A stretch of 64,000 nt of DNA, from assembly GCF_009834535.1 (NCBI RefSeq), contig NC_045696.1, positions 75,704,001-75,768,000 on the forward strand, in the 5' to 3' direction. The position numbers were made by a program, and so were the translations under genes. The notes under the pieces are model-generated. The model was not told the DNA's origin and ran no database searches. It was given only the letters and a program-made list of their open reading frames with translations. Source of the stretch: Camelus ferus. Its lineage: Eukaryota. Below are positions 23,170-36,009 of the stretch, in pieces. Numbering within the stretch: position 1 is the first letter of the stretch; every line of letters begins with the position of its first letter.

Positions 23170-23870
23170 GTTCAGAACCATGCTGTTAAGTTCAGTTGAG
23201 GTTTGGTCACTTTTATTGCTGTACAACATTCCACAGTATTGCAGTCTAGTAGTGCAATCTATGATAGCAGCTTTTTTTTTTCTTGAATGCTCCCTCCCCC
23301 AAATTCTTTTTCTTTCTTTTTTTTTTAATTGAATTATAGTCAGTAACAATGTGTCTGTTTCTGGTGTACAGCATAATGTTTCAGTCGTATGTACACATAC
23401 ATATATTCATTTTCATATTCTTTTCCCTTAAAGGTTACTGCAAAATAATTGAATACAGTTGTCTGTGCTATACAGAAGAAATTTGTTTTTTATCCACTTT
23501 CATATATAGTAGTTAATATTTGCAAATCTCAAACTGCCAATTTATCCCTTCCCACCCTCTTTCCCCCTGGTAACCATAAGATTGTTTACCATGTCTGTGC
23601 ATCTGTTTCTGTTTTGTAGATGAGTTACGATAGCAGCTTTTGACAGTTTTTTTGACTGTTGCTACCAAAACTTCTATGAATATACTGGTATTTTGCTTCA
23701 ATGTGCAGGCGTTCTTGAAGATAGATACCTACAAATAGAACTACAGGGTCATAGGATATGCACACCTTTAGTTTTACTAGGCAATACCAAACCTTTTGTA
23801 TAGATTTACACTCTCACCACACATGTATGGTATCTATCATTGTTTCACACCCTCACCAACATTTTATTGA
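23170..23870 (-). mobile_element. Old L1ME-type LINE-1 fragment hosting a younger L1 (23276-23625)
   Basis: cacttttattgctgtacaacattcc...tacctacaaatagaactacagggtcatagg...tttacactctcacc...cacaccctcaccaaca. Confidence 0.6.
23276..23625 (-). mobile_element. Younger 5'-truncated artiodactyl/camelid L1 3' end with TSD and short extra 3' segment
   Basis: ttttttaattgaattatagtcagtaacaatgtg...ggtgtacagcataatg...ccccctggtaaccataag...tctgttttgtagatgagtt. TSD tatgatagcagctttt (23260-23275) / tacgatagcagctttt (23626-23641). Confidence 0.85.
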
Positions 23871-24109
23871 TCCTTTCCTGTCCATCATCTAAATAGATTT
23901 CCATATTTCTTTATCTCCCAGATCCTGAAATCTTCTTCTGGGACTTTGGCATCATGTTAATAATTTTTCTGAGTATTAATTAGTTCAGAGAGTCTTGACC
24001 TCCTCATATTCAATGACCTTCCTCTCTATCACAGGTCATCCACTCACTGGCCATAGCATGAATATCATCACTGCTCACAACAGTTTCTCCACCTTGCTTT
24101 ACATCGTAG

Positions 24110-24575
24110 CTCTTGGGAGCTGGGGAGGTAATAATTACATCCTGTTTCCATCCAAATTCAGAATCAGGTGAGAACTTTATAGAGGTATCAGACAGGCGAA
24201 GCTTTATTATTGTTGATGCTGAATGGAGAATGCAGCTTCGGCTTAGGCATAATGGGATTCCTACTGCTTTTCCTCATGAATTAAAACCTTCCCACACAGA
24301 CATGAAGGGCTTCCACACAGAAAGCGAAGCCCTGCTTCTTGATGGCATGCTGAGATAGACCCCCATAGAAGGAGCTGAACCAAGCAGGCTCTTTTTTCTG
24401 ATCTGACCACCTCGTAAGTTGCTGCCCCTCCTTTGCGAGAAGAATGAAAAGTGTTCCTATTAGGAATTTTCCTTCTGTGACACGAGCTACCTCTGTTCTC
24501 AGGAAACGTGAGAAGCCTTCCCTTGTAACGATAACTTTTTTATTTTCTGCTTCCTGACTGTCACTGTCACAGACC
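24110..24575 (-). mobile_element. Possible solo LTR, family not recognised
   Basis: On the minus strand it starts TGTGACAG (24571), has AATAAAGC near 24201-24208 and ends near ...CTCCCA. The length is ~460 bp. No clear TSD. Confidence 0.3.
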
Positions 24576-24821
24576 CTGTTCTTCATTTTCAGACAGTTAT
24601 TTACAATCCTTTGCTTATTCTACTTTTTCTGGAAGCGTCACAAGTCTTCTGGACTTACTTGTTTTCCAACCCAGGCTGCACCTCATGTCTACTCGGCTCC
24701 ATATTAGCCTGATGTCACCCAAGAATTTTGTTCCTTGACTTAACTTCCATTACTGCTCTATCAATCCCCCCTCCGAATCACCAACAGCTTTTGCTCTTTT
24801 CCATTCCCCTTCTTGAGTTTC

Positions 24822-25052
24822 TTAATTTTATCCTGGCTTGATTGAGGTATAATTCACAAAATTGTGTACCTTTAAGGTGTACAATGTGATGCTTTAATAT
24901 TCATTTATATTGTGAAATGATTATCCCAATCAAGTTAATTAACATATCCATCCCCTCACATGGTTTCCATGTTGCCAGTTTTGGGTGTGGTGAGAACACC
25001 TAAGGTCTACTCTTTATCAGATTTCAAGTATACAGTACTATTAACTATAGCC
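24822..25052 (-). mobile_element. L1MA8/9-like 3' end
   Basis: ttgaggtataattcacaaaattgtg...tttaaggtgtacaatgtgatg...caagttaattaacatatccatc...ggtgagaacacctaaggtctactct. Confidence 0.8.
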
Positions 25053-25972
25053 TTAGGCTTCTGAATATTTTTTGAGATAGTCGTAAGTTTACTGATTATG
25101 AATTCAAGCTGATTTTAAATGTGTTCTCATAATTTTAAAACAAGTATTTAATTCAATTACATCTTTTCACATTCATCACATCAACTGTTTCAAAACTTCG
25201 TTGTCCTCATGTCCTGTTTTCAGTCCACCACTATCATCCAGCAAATGCCCTCTCGCTCACCCAAATAGCTACAGCACTGTCTTTGCTGTCCTCCAGGTTT
25301 TGCTGTATACCATGGCCCTACATTCTTCTGCTAGATTATAAATCCCTTTTTTGTATGAATTTTGCCACTTCCATCTTTATAGTCTCCATTTCCTTATGTA
25401 CTCAGGCCATGATATGATTTTTCAATTTTCAGTAAAGGATTGAGTAAAAGAAAATGGCCTCTAAACCCCTGGGGTTTTACAGACTTTGCTGCGAAGGGTT
25501 TGGGTGGTCATACAGAATCTAACTGTACCATGGTATATAAGAAATCCATATATACAGATGAACTGTACCCCCATCATATATATATGTGAAGCAGATCCCT
25601 AAATAGCAACTTTACTTCCTATTTATTCAGCTACAATTTTCTATATTTTGCAAACATTATTATGCCCAGCTTAGGATAAATATTAGTTTCTCTGCTCAAT
25701 ATTACCCTACTTTTAATCTCAATACCCTCTGTGTGTATACAGTAATAAGTCTATATAATAAAGGTGAGGTTGGCTTAAAGTCTATAAAACTTACCAATAC
25801 TATTCTGTTTATTGTTTTGTTGTGAAAAATAATCTACTTATTTTTGTGATTTCCTTAAGTCACATTTCCTTGGCTTTGCTGGGGAAATACATGAGGGTTT
25901 CAGAGAGATGGTAACTGATTACCTATTAGGAGACTCTGAATGACAGATACAATTCACATGCACTTAGCAAAG

Positions 25973-26030
25973 CACATTTTCTTATTAAGAGGAAGCAATA
26001 ACACATTTTCTTATTAAGAGGAAGCAATAA
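25973..26030. repeat. Perfect 29-bp tandem duplication
   Basis: cacattttcttattaagaggaagcaataa occurs twice (25973-26001 and 26002-26030). Confidence 0.95.
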
Positions 26031-27629
26031 CTCTAATAACCCAAGAAAGACCTTAATTTATGTCAACAAATTATTACAACTAAAATTAGAAACTAAATGT
26101 GTCATATCAGCTTATCAAGAGTTGTTTCTTATTTGCAAACATATAAAAACATCCAAATCTTGACTAAATACTAGAATTGTTGTCTAGCTATTATCTAGCA
26201 TCGTGTAGACATTGTCTTTGATCACTCTATCCTCAGTCTTGTTTCCATTATTTGGTAGAAAGTGAAGTGGATTGCCAGTCATGTACGGATCCTAATCTTG
26301 CCTTTGCTATAGACTAAGTTTATGGTTTAGTGTAACATATTTGATTCTGTGCCTTTGATGCTTCAAAACAGAAAAACAGTTTAAAAATATTCCTTTCAAT
26401 GTACTCTCATTGAAAATAATATTAGAAAGGCAGAAAGCTTGGAAAGTTCAATTGTGTCAAATAATATAACTAATCCTCCTCTCATGTCAATGGAAATGAT
26501 ATAGATACAAGAGAGAAAATCTATTTCTGAGTCTTGGTCTAGAGTTTCGGATAAATTACAAATCTCCTCACACCCTTCCTAAAGGCTTAGCACTTTCTTC
26601 ATTGCAACGTTTGACAAATTGGGATCAACAAGATGGACCTGTAGTTACTTTTCAGAGAGCTATTTACTCTGGGTTGTTAAATCTGACAAATGATGGAGGG
26701 CATTACAGAGGCTCAGCTGTTCAGTGAAAAAAAAGGAATTACCATTCGAAAGGAGGAATTGCTCTCACTACATATAAATATTAGTCTTGTATTTAAATTC
26801 ATATAAAACACAGCCTTAATTGCAAATTTACCACTTATTAGTGTCTCATAAACATTAAGAAAATTGTAGATGATTCGTCCTTTGAGAAGCTTCCTTACAT
26901 ACAGTACTTAACCAAATCAGTATTAAAAAAGAGACTTATTACCAGATACAAATTCAAATCACACATTGTAGAGAAAGATTTCTTGAGAAACTAGCTAGAG
27001 AGGTCATTTCAATTACAAATTCGAAGTCTCATGGTAGAGAAAGGCTGGACTTTCTTTGTATATTTTCTTCTCTATTCTCTTTCTATTGTCTCTTACACAA
27101 CCATAAATAAATTGTAGATTTTCTGAAACTCAGCCATTATGTATCCAAAATTTAAATGAAGTAGTCCTTTTCAGCTATCTTCTGTCTACTGTACCTGCTC
27201 CAGAGAGAGTACAAAATGTAGAGAAGGAACCAGGGGAGGCAGGGAAGCTGTGAAATGACTGAGGACTCAGAAGTCCCTGAGTTTGCCAGGATGATGTCTG
27301 CTGGGGAGAGTCTGAATGGGCCCGTTGAGGAGATGCTGGCCTCCCTCCCCTTTCTTCATGTGCTAAGATTCCATGACAGTATGTACAGGACCAAAGAAAA
27401 ACATATGCAAACTTGGATCCAGGAAGAGTAATTAGGAGTCAGATGGGAGAGGTTATTTCTAATCTGACACAGGAAAGAGACCCAGATACTGTGGTTTAGT
27501 CCCATTGAACGTCAGCCAATTTCCTAAGATAGAAAATTTGAATTAAATAGTAACTTAAATAAAGGACTGTATTAGGTGGGACAAGTGCTTTAATAAATAA
27601 AGAGTACAAGGAAATAAACATATTTTTGA

Positions 27630-27900
27630 AGAGCACAGGCAGGCTTTGGAGATAGAAGTATCTGAGTTCAAATTAGTTTAGGAAGTAGTAAATGTAGTTA
27701 TTTAAAGTAAACTCTGTTATATGAAGAATGAATACTGTAACCCCCGAAGTAATTTCTTGCAGTAGCTGTGTAAAAGTGGACCAATTACTGAATCTCTCCA
27801 ACTCTCAGTTTTCCCCAGTGTTGAAGGAACTAATAATAATACCATGAACATAGCATTGCTGTCAAGTATAAATGGACTGTTAAATAAAAAGCACTCAGAA
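27630..27900 (+). mobile_element. MIR SINE fragments
   Basis: aggctttggagatagaagtatctgagttcaaat...ctcagttttcccc. Confidence 0.5.
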
Positions 27901-27989
27901 CAGGACTGAAAAATGATATCTACCAAATTAATGAAGTAGGAGTGGTAATAATTCACCAGTATAAGGGCCAATATCTCTGCCTTTTGTTA

Positions 27990-28330
27990 TTGGTTCATTT
28001 GTTCATCATTTATTCATTAATTGAACTGGGCTAAGTTCTGGCAATACGGAGGCAAATTAAGATGTAATGATTATCCGTAAGAGACTAATCACCCTCCACT
28101 GGGGACCCCTGGGTCTGTGCTTAGGTGGACTGGTGTTACACAGCCTGTGAAAGAAGAACATGTGGTGGACGCTGGGGCTGGGAAGGGTGTGGTCAGTTCT
28201 ACCCGGTAAAGACTTAATAAAGGAGGCATGCGTTTGAGCTGCATCTTGGAAAATAGCGAGGCATGCACTCAACGGAAAGGGTGGGAAAGATTATTTCAGG
28301 TGGAACTGGTAGAATCTCATGACTGGGACA
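27990..28330 (-). mobile_element. L2 fragment
   Basis: ttcatttgttcatcatttattc...ggaggcatgcgtttgagctgcatcttgg...tatttcaggtggaac. Confidence 0.55.
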
Positions 28331-28853
28331 AGAGCATCTGGAGGCCTGGGAGGCAATAAAAGGACAAGGAAAGCCTTAGGTGAGGAACTCAGTAAAGCAG
28401 AGAAGAAGGACCCTGCAAGAAATAGATGACTATTTCTGAGCCACTGGAGTCATGCCTTATACAAAAAACAAAAAAATTGGAGTCTAACATTCCTGTCATG
28501 TTACTGGTAGGTTTCAAATTCCAAAGAGCTGTGTGACATCAGAAAACATTTAATCACTTTAAGCATTTACTTCCCTGACTAAATTTAAGCTGACACCCAC
28601 CATGCAGACTGATTGTGGCAATTAATTAGGTACTATATGTAAAGGATTTAGCAAAGAGTAAGTGTTCAAAATGATTGCAAATATGCCCTTATAACCAGAA
28701 TAACGTGCTGTGACTCAACTGGCTGGCAGGCAAGAAGGCAGGAGTGAATCACGAAGGTCCAGGATCCAGAGGAATAGTCTGGCTCTGAGGGCTCTGAGAC
28801 CGGAGGTGTGGAAGAAGAGAGAGGGCACAGAACTGAAATCAAAATGTGCAAAG

Positions 28854-30392
28854 CGGGGTGGGCTACATAATTTGCAGGACTCAGAGCAAAATGAAAATAT
28901 GGGCCCTTTATTCAAAAAGCAGGAAAAAAGTGCCATTAGAGAAACTAAAATATAAAAAGCTTTTATTTTATTACTTATGTAACTTAAGGGGGTAATAGTG
29001 ATGAATAGCAACATCAGCATATAAGTAGCAAAAGATATTTTACTTTCATAATTTTATATAATACAATAAATAATAAGACTCTTAAAGTGTGTTATCTTCA
29101 TTTATCATATGATTTTCCTGGCTTACTTTTCTGCAAATTCTTTTGTTAGGCCATCAAAATACATACTTTTAATAATTTTGTTTTCAAATGACATAATTGA
29201 AAACTGTATCAGTGCCCTTGTCAAATGCAAGTTTATAAATTATTTTTAATAATTTTTTTAATTTTAAGAAAGTTCTTCTGATACAACTCATTTTATAGAT
29301 TGTGAGTTATTTTGAAACATATTTATAAGTTATTTTGAAATACATCTTACTACACCAGAGCTTGTAATTCTTTTGGAACAATTTTTCCAAAGAGACTTAA
29401 CTCTTCATAAAAATGATCTTAATATAAATCTGAACTTGATTTTAAATATAAATTTTAAAATGACATTTTAAAGTTTCCTTGAACAGTTCTTATAACTTTC
29501 TATACAATAAAGCGAAAGTGGCTTCATGATTTGTATAGAATTCAAAGCACCTGTTTAGGCATTCTGTTTTTGTATTTTCAATTATAAGGAAAATTTAATT
29601 ATAAAATTATCTTCCATGTTAAAATTAGTTCATTCCGAGTTCATTCATTCGTATAACAATAGTGTTGTTTTCCTTTCCAAAGTGACAATCACACTGAGTT
29701 TCTATTTCTAAGTTTGTGGAAATTTGCTTTGCAATATTGCAGCTGTTTTCAAAATCAGAGATTCTGAACTTCTTGCAGAGTTCTAATAATTCCCTGAGTT
29801 ATTTACTTCCTGAGTAATTGACACATGGAACGACCACAGACATGTTTTATTTTGTAATAACTGACTGACAAGAGGTTACTGTCCGAGCATCGGCAGTTCC
29901 TGCCACTGGGCTGTCTGGAGAGTCAACATTGGTTCAGATGCTGCAGAGACAGGCTTTGGGACCAACCTCCCACCCTGAGTCCCAGGGCTGCTCCCAAGCA
30001 GAGAGAGCCCTTCCTCTCATCCATGGCTGTTGCTACTGCGCTGCTTCTGCTGCTGTGGCCACTGTCAATGTCATCAATCTGGGCCCCCAGCTCCTCAGAC
30101 TCCCCTGAGATGAATGCATATGTGCTGGTCAGCCGGGCCAATGCTTGGTGCCTGGCACTGCCTGTGATGCCCGCAGGCCTGAGCCTGCACATCTGCTCTG
30201 CTGCCCGAGGTGTCTCTCCGCTCAAGGTCATGCCCATTGCCCCATCAGACCTCACTTATATAACCCAGGTTCAAAGACAGAATTATTCAAAATTTCAGTA
30301 ATCTGGCCGTACAGCATTAAACCAAATGCGGGGCACTCCAGAGCGCAGGGCCCTGAATGATGGCACGGGTCACAGCCCCCAAGGCCAGACTG
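28854..30392 (-). mobile_element. Zaphod (hAT-Tip100) DNA transposon, internally deleted, with both termini and transposase remnants
   Basis: Left end cggggtgggctacataatttgcaggactcagagcaaaatgaaaat and right end aaccaaatgcgggcac...gggccctg...aaggccagactg match recalled Zaphod/MER115 termini. Minus-strand translation of ~29500-29800 gives LRELLELCKKFRISDFENSCNIAKQISTNLEIE and IENTKTECLNRCFEFYTNHEATFALLY, which are hAT transposase-like. Degraded TSD gtgcaaag/gtccagac (5/8). Confidence 0.8.
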
Positions 30393-31789
30393 GTCCAGAC
30401 AGAGATGGCGAAAGCTACGTGCGTAACAAAGGCACATGAGTCTAGGAGAGACACACAGTAAATACAGAATCCAATTGTTGATAGTCATGTCAAGGAAAGA
30501 GAAGGATGCTGTGAGAGAAGATAAGAAGGTTCTGTTGGTTAGGTTTGTAATAATCTCACTCTTCTGAACCACGTAGAGAGTGGGTGAGGCTCCTACAAGC
30601 TCAGTGAGGAGTAGCTCCTTTGCTGTGCAGCACTAACGTTCATTTAGAAAAAATACTCCTACGTCTTTGAATTAGGTGGTTGGCAGCTTGAAGGTTGTTA
30701 GAAAATCTGCCGGATTTTACGCAGGATCTTAGCAAGTGGGTCCAGGCTCTGGAGAGGAGGCAGTAGGGCAAGGCGGTTTGTGAGCTTCAGGACGAGCTGT
30801 AGGCATTAGAGGAACGGCAGTACAAATCAGGAATTCAACCCAGCAGCACACATAGGAGGGGCAGTCACACTGTGGGGACCATTAACTCTTTAGGAAAGTT
30901 TTCTAGCTCAGATGGATTGAGGTCTTTGTCCCAGTACAGCAAGGTGTTCCTCACACGCCCATTTTTAATTGTTGTATAAGCAATTTAAAAAAAAAATTTG
31001 TCTACACTAAGGAGAGTTGTTTTATTTGAAAATACGTTTCTGAAGCGTGAAATTACATCTTTTCCAAAACATAGATATTTCTATGTTTTAGATCTGAGAG
31101 GACCATTTGTTCTCACAGAACTCCTTGACATCTCTTCCTCTTACATAATCCAAGCTTTAATAATTATTCCTTTAATCATCTTTGTAAATTGTCAAAACTT
31201 TTAAATAGGTTCCCTAGGGTATGATATGAGTATGGAAATTACACAGAAATGGTGATCTTAGCTTAATCCCTGAAAACATAGGAAACACAAATACCTTTTC
31301 TTTTTAGATTACTGAAACTATTTTAGCAGTGGTAGAAAAATCTTAATATACTCTTGAATTATTAACTAATGTTTTACCAACTCAGCACATTTTTACAAAA
31401 ATGCCCTTAGATTTTATTAAACTTAAACCCTAATTTAAAATAGCAATTTCTTATAGGTTGGGAAAAACTGCTCTAAATGGAACAGTGCAGTTATTTCATT
31501 GCTGTGTATGTAAATGATCCATTAATGTTTACTTGGAAAAAATGTTCCCTTTGAAATGTCACAGGCAAACAGAATTGCTATAATGCTATCATTAGCATTT
31601 AAAATATACCACTCTCCAAAAAATTACATCTGAAAAAGGGTCTGAGTCAGGTTTTCTGTAGAACATGTAACCAAATTATTCCATATTCAAATTGCTCTTT
31701 GAAACTAATAAAAAATAGGTTTGCACCCTGATGTCAGATATTGAGAGTCGCTGTCAGCAATTCCTGTTGGTTTGGGGGAGTAAGAAAGC

Positions 31790-31960
31790 ATGGGTATAAT
31801 AGACGCTGCTCATTGCCGACCCAATACCTGTTCACTCCTTCCTCATCACCAAAAGAACCCCAGTTTCATTCGGAACAGCACTGAGCCCAGCAACATAACA
31901 CCTTCCTTCACTGCTTTAGACTTGGGAGTTGCGGCAGAATATGGTGAGTTTCTGAGAAAA
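31790..31960 (+). mobile_element. MLT1J/K-like MaLR LTR fragment
   Basis: agacgctgctcattgccgacccaatacc...cttcctc...aaagaaccccagtttcattcgg...gagcccagc. Confidence 0.55.
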
Positions 31961-32279
31961 TTTTTATATTTCTAATTCAGGAGTCCCCACCCATCTTCCT
32001 TCATTCTATATTCTTCTTCCTTCAGACTACATATTTTAACATTTATTACTATAAAGCCAAAAGTTCTAAGTTGGTCTGGCTAGTCTGCCCTACCTGGAAA
32101 CAAACGGAAGCACTTACCAAGAAGAGTATGAACTTGAATTTCCAATTCTTAAAATACATCAGAACTTTCAACACATGTGTTGAGAGCGCCAGTTCGTTCG
32201 TAATGGACTAGTTCCACACATGAATTGGCAACTTGAATTGGATTCTTTTTTAACAGTGGGGCCATGTGGAGCCTGATTC

Positions 32280-33690
32280 TTCTATTTTTAATAAACATTT
32301 TTATTGATGTATGATACGTGCACGTGTGTGTGTACATACCCCAAGTATACAGCTGGATGAGTGTTTTCAAAGTAAACATGCCTGTGTAACAGTTGCCCTG
32401 ATCAACCAGTGCAACACGAGCGGCACCACAGAAGTCCGCGTGTGTCCCTCCCACTGGGATGGGTTCATGTCTCCTTCCTCCCCGAGGAGAATTATTATTC
32501 TGACTTCTAACCCCATCAGTTAGATTTCCCAGTTTTTGAAACTTTTATAAATATAACAGTATATACTTTTTGAGTCTGACATCTTTTGTTCAATGCTGTT
32601 TTTGTGAAATATATCCACATAGGTGCATATAGAGCATTTTATTTACTTTCATTTCTGTACGGTTTCCCATTGTCTGAACAGGCCATAATTTGTTTTTCCA
32701 TTCTACTGTGGATTTTATTTGGCTTGCTTCCTATTTGGGCCAGTTATGGTTAGTGTTGTTATGAACATTTTCATTCATATATTTTGTGTAGAAATGCACA
32801 CATTTCTTGCGGGTATATATCTAGTAATGGAATTATAGGGTGATGAAGTATGTATATATTCAGCTCGGTAGATACAGCCAACAGTCTCCAATTTACAGTC
32901 TCCATGGCATTGGATGGGAATTCCAGCTATACCACGTCTATCCTCACTAGCACTTTCTTTTTTCACTTTAAACTAAAAAATTGTTTTGACTAGGATGTGT
33001 AGTGGTATCTTCTTTAGCTTTAATTTCCATTTACCTGATGACTAATGATACTGGACATTTTTCATAGGCTTACTGACCATTTGGATAGCCTCATTCATAA
33101 AGTAGATGCCCAGGACTGTTCAGAATTATTTTTGGCTAATTTTACTATATCTTTTACTTATGGATTTTTATGGATCATATATATTCTAAGTCAGATGGCT
33201 TTGTTATTTAAACACTTTGCAAATATCTACTCCAAATCTGTGGCTTGCTTATTTATTTCCTACATTTCATCTTTTAATAAAAAGAAGATTTAAATTTTAA
33301 TGTATTCCAATTTACAGAAATTTAATTTTATGATTATTGCTGATATGTTCTGTTTGATAAATCTCTACTTACTCCAGTGTCATTCTTCTGTGATATCCAC
33401 CATTCTTCTAGGATAGCTGTCATTTTTCTATAATATCAACTGGACATTTTATTTTTCATCTTTAATATTTAGAGCTATGGTTGTTATAATATTTATTTTT
33501 AGATTCATTGTGAATTATAGATAATTTTTATATGGATATTCAATCAACCCAATATTATTTATTGATTAAAAAACACACAGATTGTAACCTCCACTGTTTG
33601 AGTCATCCTTGTTATAAATCAAATTTTCACATATGTGGACTTTTTTTCCTGAACTCTACTCTTTTTCACTCTTCTTGTTACAAAGGCTAG
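32280..33690 (-). mobile_element. L1ME-type LINE-1 (3'UTR and end of ORF2)
   Basis: tttattgatgtatgatac...cagctggatgagtgttttc...tatatatctagtaatggaattataggg...ttttaatgtattccaatt. Confidence 0.8.
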
Positions 33691-33799
33691 GAATTCACTG
33701 GAAGACAGTTAATTTCAGCTGTATCTGGAGACTTCTTTTCAAAGGTAGGGAAATATAAGGACAAACTGCCTGCTCGATAGTCAGTGAGGTTAACTGCTG

Positions 33800-34070
33800 C
33801 TTGAGATGGTTGAGGCCGCTTGGCATCATGGGAAAATAGCCTGGACTTTAAATTCAGACTTGAGTTCAGTCCTTGCCTCCAACACTTTCTAATCATTTAA
33901 CATTAGGCAAGTTTTGAATCTCTCTGGTATTCAGTTTCCTCATACTTCAGTGAGGAACATAAATAGTAGCTAAAAACCACAGGGATGATGTGGGAGTTAG
34001 ATAGTTTACAGACAGCAAGTAACGTAGGTCCTGCCCCATAGCAGAGGCTGAAGAACAGTAGCTATCTTTA
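33800..34070 (+). mobile_element. MIR SINE
   Basis: ggactttaaattcagacttgagttcagtcc...ggcaagttttgaatctctctggtattcagtttcctcat. Confidence 0.7.
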
Positions 34071-36009
34071 GAATTATAAGTAAACTCCTGTGGGACTTAT
34101 CACTCAGGCTGCCAATTAACATCATTTGTGATGAGAAATTAATTTGAATAAATAATTTTCTTTGTATTTCAAGAAAGTTATTTTATGTATCCCCATAGAA
34201 GTCCACAGCATAGACAAAGTAGAGTGTTTTATTACCTTACACAAGAAATTTTGACCCAGAGACAGCACTGAATAAAGGTTCAGCTTGTCAGTTGTCAGGA
34301 TTAGTGTTGCTAGAATTCCTTGAAAGCTTTGTCCTTTACCAATGGACAGGAGGAGCTAGTGTGGTTAATCAGAACACACATCTCTGATGTTATAAAATAC
34401 TGTTTAGGGAACCACCCATTATTCAAACTTTATTTCTACTTTTAAGTCCTTTGCATAGCCCCAAATATCCACGAATTGGTTATATTTGTTTGTTTTCATT
34501 ATAGCCTGTCACTAATTAGCATCGCCCTTTATGATGGTGTACTAGACATAAACACATAAGCTCATGGTTGGGGTTAAGAGGTCCGGAGTCTAAACGTGAC
34601 TCTGCCAATCATAAAAGTCACAGAAACTGACCTCCTTGGTGTCTCGGTATACATTCTCTTGTGGATAAAATGAGGGGGCTAGGGGCTTTTTCAGAACTAC
34701 AATTGTGTGATTATATGGACCCCATGGTTGTAATACTAACAATAAATTAATAGGAGAGTTCTGTAATAAATTACTTTTTGGTACTATTGGATTTACTGTT
34801 AGGCAACTCATATTCAGAATGAGTAACAACACCCTGCCTTGAGACGTCTGTAAATAACTCATCGAGCCACTGCAGAGTTCTCCCCAGTCTACAGAATGTT
34901 TTCTGCAGGAATGTTCAATAAATAGTTACTGATATATCCTTGAGTACAGGAATGTTTTTGAAACCCCGATGCTTCTTTTTATTTCACAGTGGGAACAATC
35001 AGGATGGACTCTTGAAATTGCTTTTACGGTTTTATGACTTGTTTGGAACTCTTCATTCCACACTCTAAAAGAAAAATGGGCATATTCAAGTTCACCTAAG
35101 ATGAACTCCTGTAAAGTTTCCACTCCAGTGATTGAATGATGTGTAGCAGTAACATTATCAAGCAATGGACTTTGGCAAGATACTTGCATTGATCACCCTT
35201 GGAATGTAAAAACAAGGCTAAGGCAATGAGAGAAGAGAAAAGAGTTGGATTACTTGGCCACCGATAATTCCCACAGCATACAGAACAAGGCTGATGCAGC
35301 AAAAGACAGTAGACAGTGTTAAGTAGACGTGAAACCTAGATAGGAACAGTTTCCTATTTAGTTTTTTTAAGTTAGTTTTGCATAGTACAGTAAAAAAAAA
35401 ATCCTAATTTGTGATAAAGTCAATCTGAACAAAGGTGCAAATCAGGTAAAGGTGTGATGTTATTTCTTCAGGCTTTTACACTACCTAGAATAACAAGAAA
35501 ACATCATAATTTATAATCATACAAATGTGAAATTTCAAAAACCTATAAAGTCATAAGAGAAGATTTTGAGGATTTTAAGTCAAATGGGAACTGAAGTCAG
35601 AGTATACTTCCAATAGAAACACAAAGAATTGAGGACCCAACAGGTAGTTAAAGGGCACCTAGGATCAGCATAAAGACATCAAATTGGAAATCATTAGTAA
35701 GGAGCTGTAGTTCTGACTGGTCACTGACTATGTAAACATAAGATATTCATATAACTTCTGTGGCCTTCAGTTTCTTCAACTAAAAAAAGTCAAGGGAAGT
35801 TGTTTAGATCAATGGAACTCGAACTGTGGTCCATGAATTTCCTGGAGACCCTGGAGCTATGATACAGTGACTGAATTTATCAATAAACTGACCACCGTAT
35901 ATAAATAGTATGTTTGTATGCCCATGAACTACAAGGTATCAATTATACATATTTACTATTGTAATAAATGGCATACATAATAATTCCTTACTAGCTAGAT
36001 GACAGTGGG

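Noticed and set aside
25973..26030. CRISPR-like repeat
   Set aside because: Only two adjacent copies, no spacer, no cas genes, and a mammalian context.
30023..30301. Secreted small protein (MAVATALLLLLWPLSMS...)
   Set aside because: Lies within the GC-rich subterminal region of the Zaphod transposon. The hydrophobic run comes from a ctg-rich tract.
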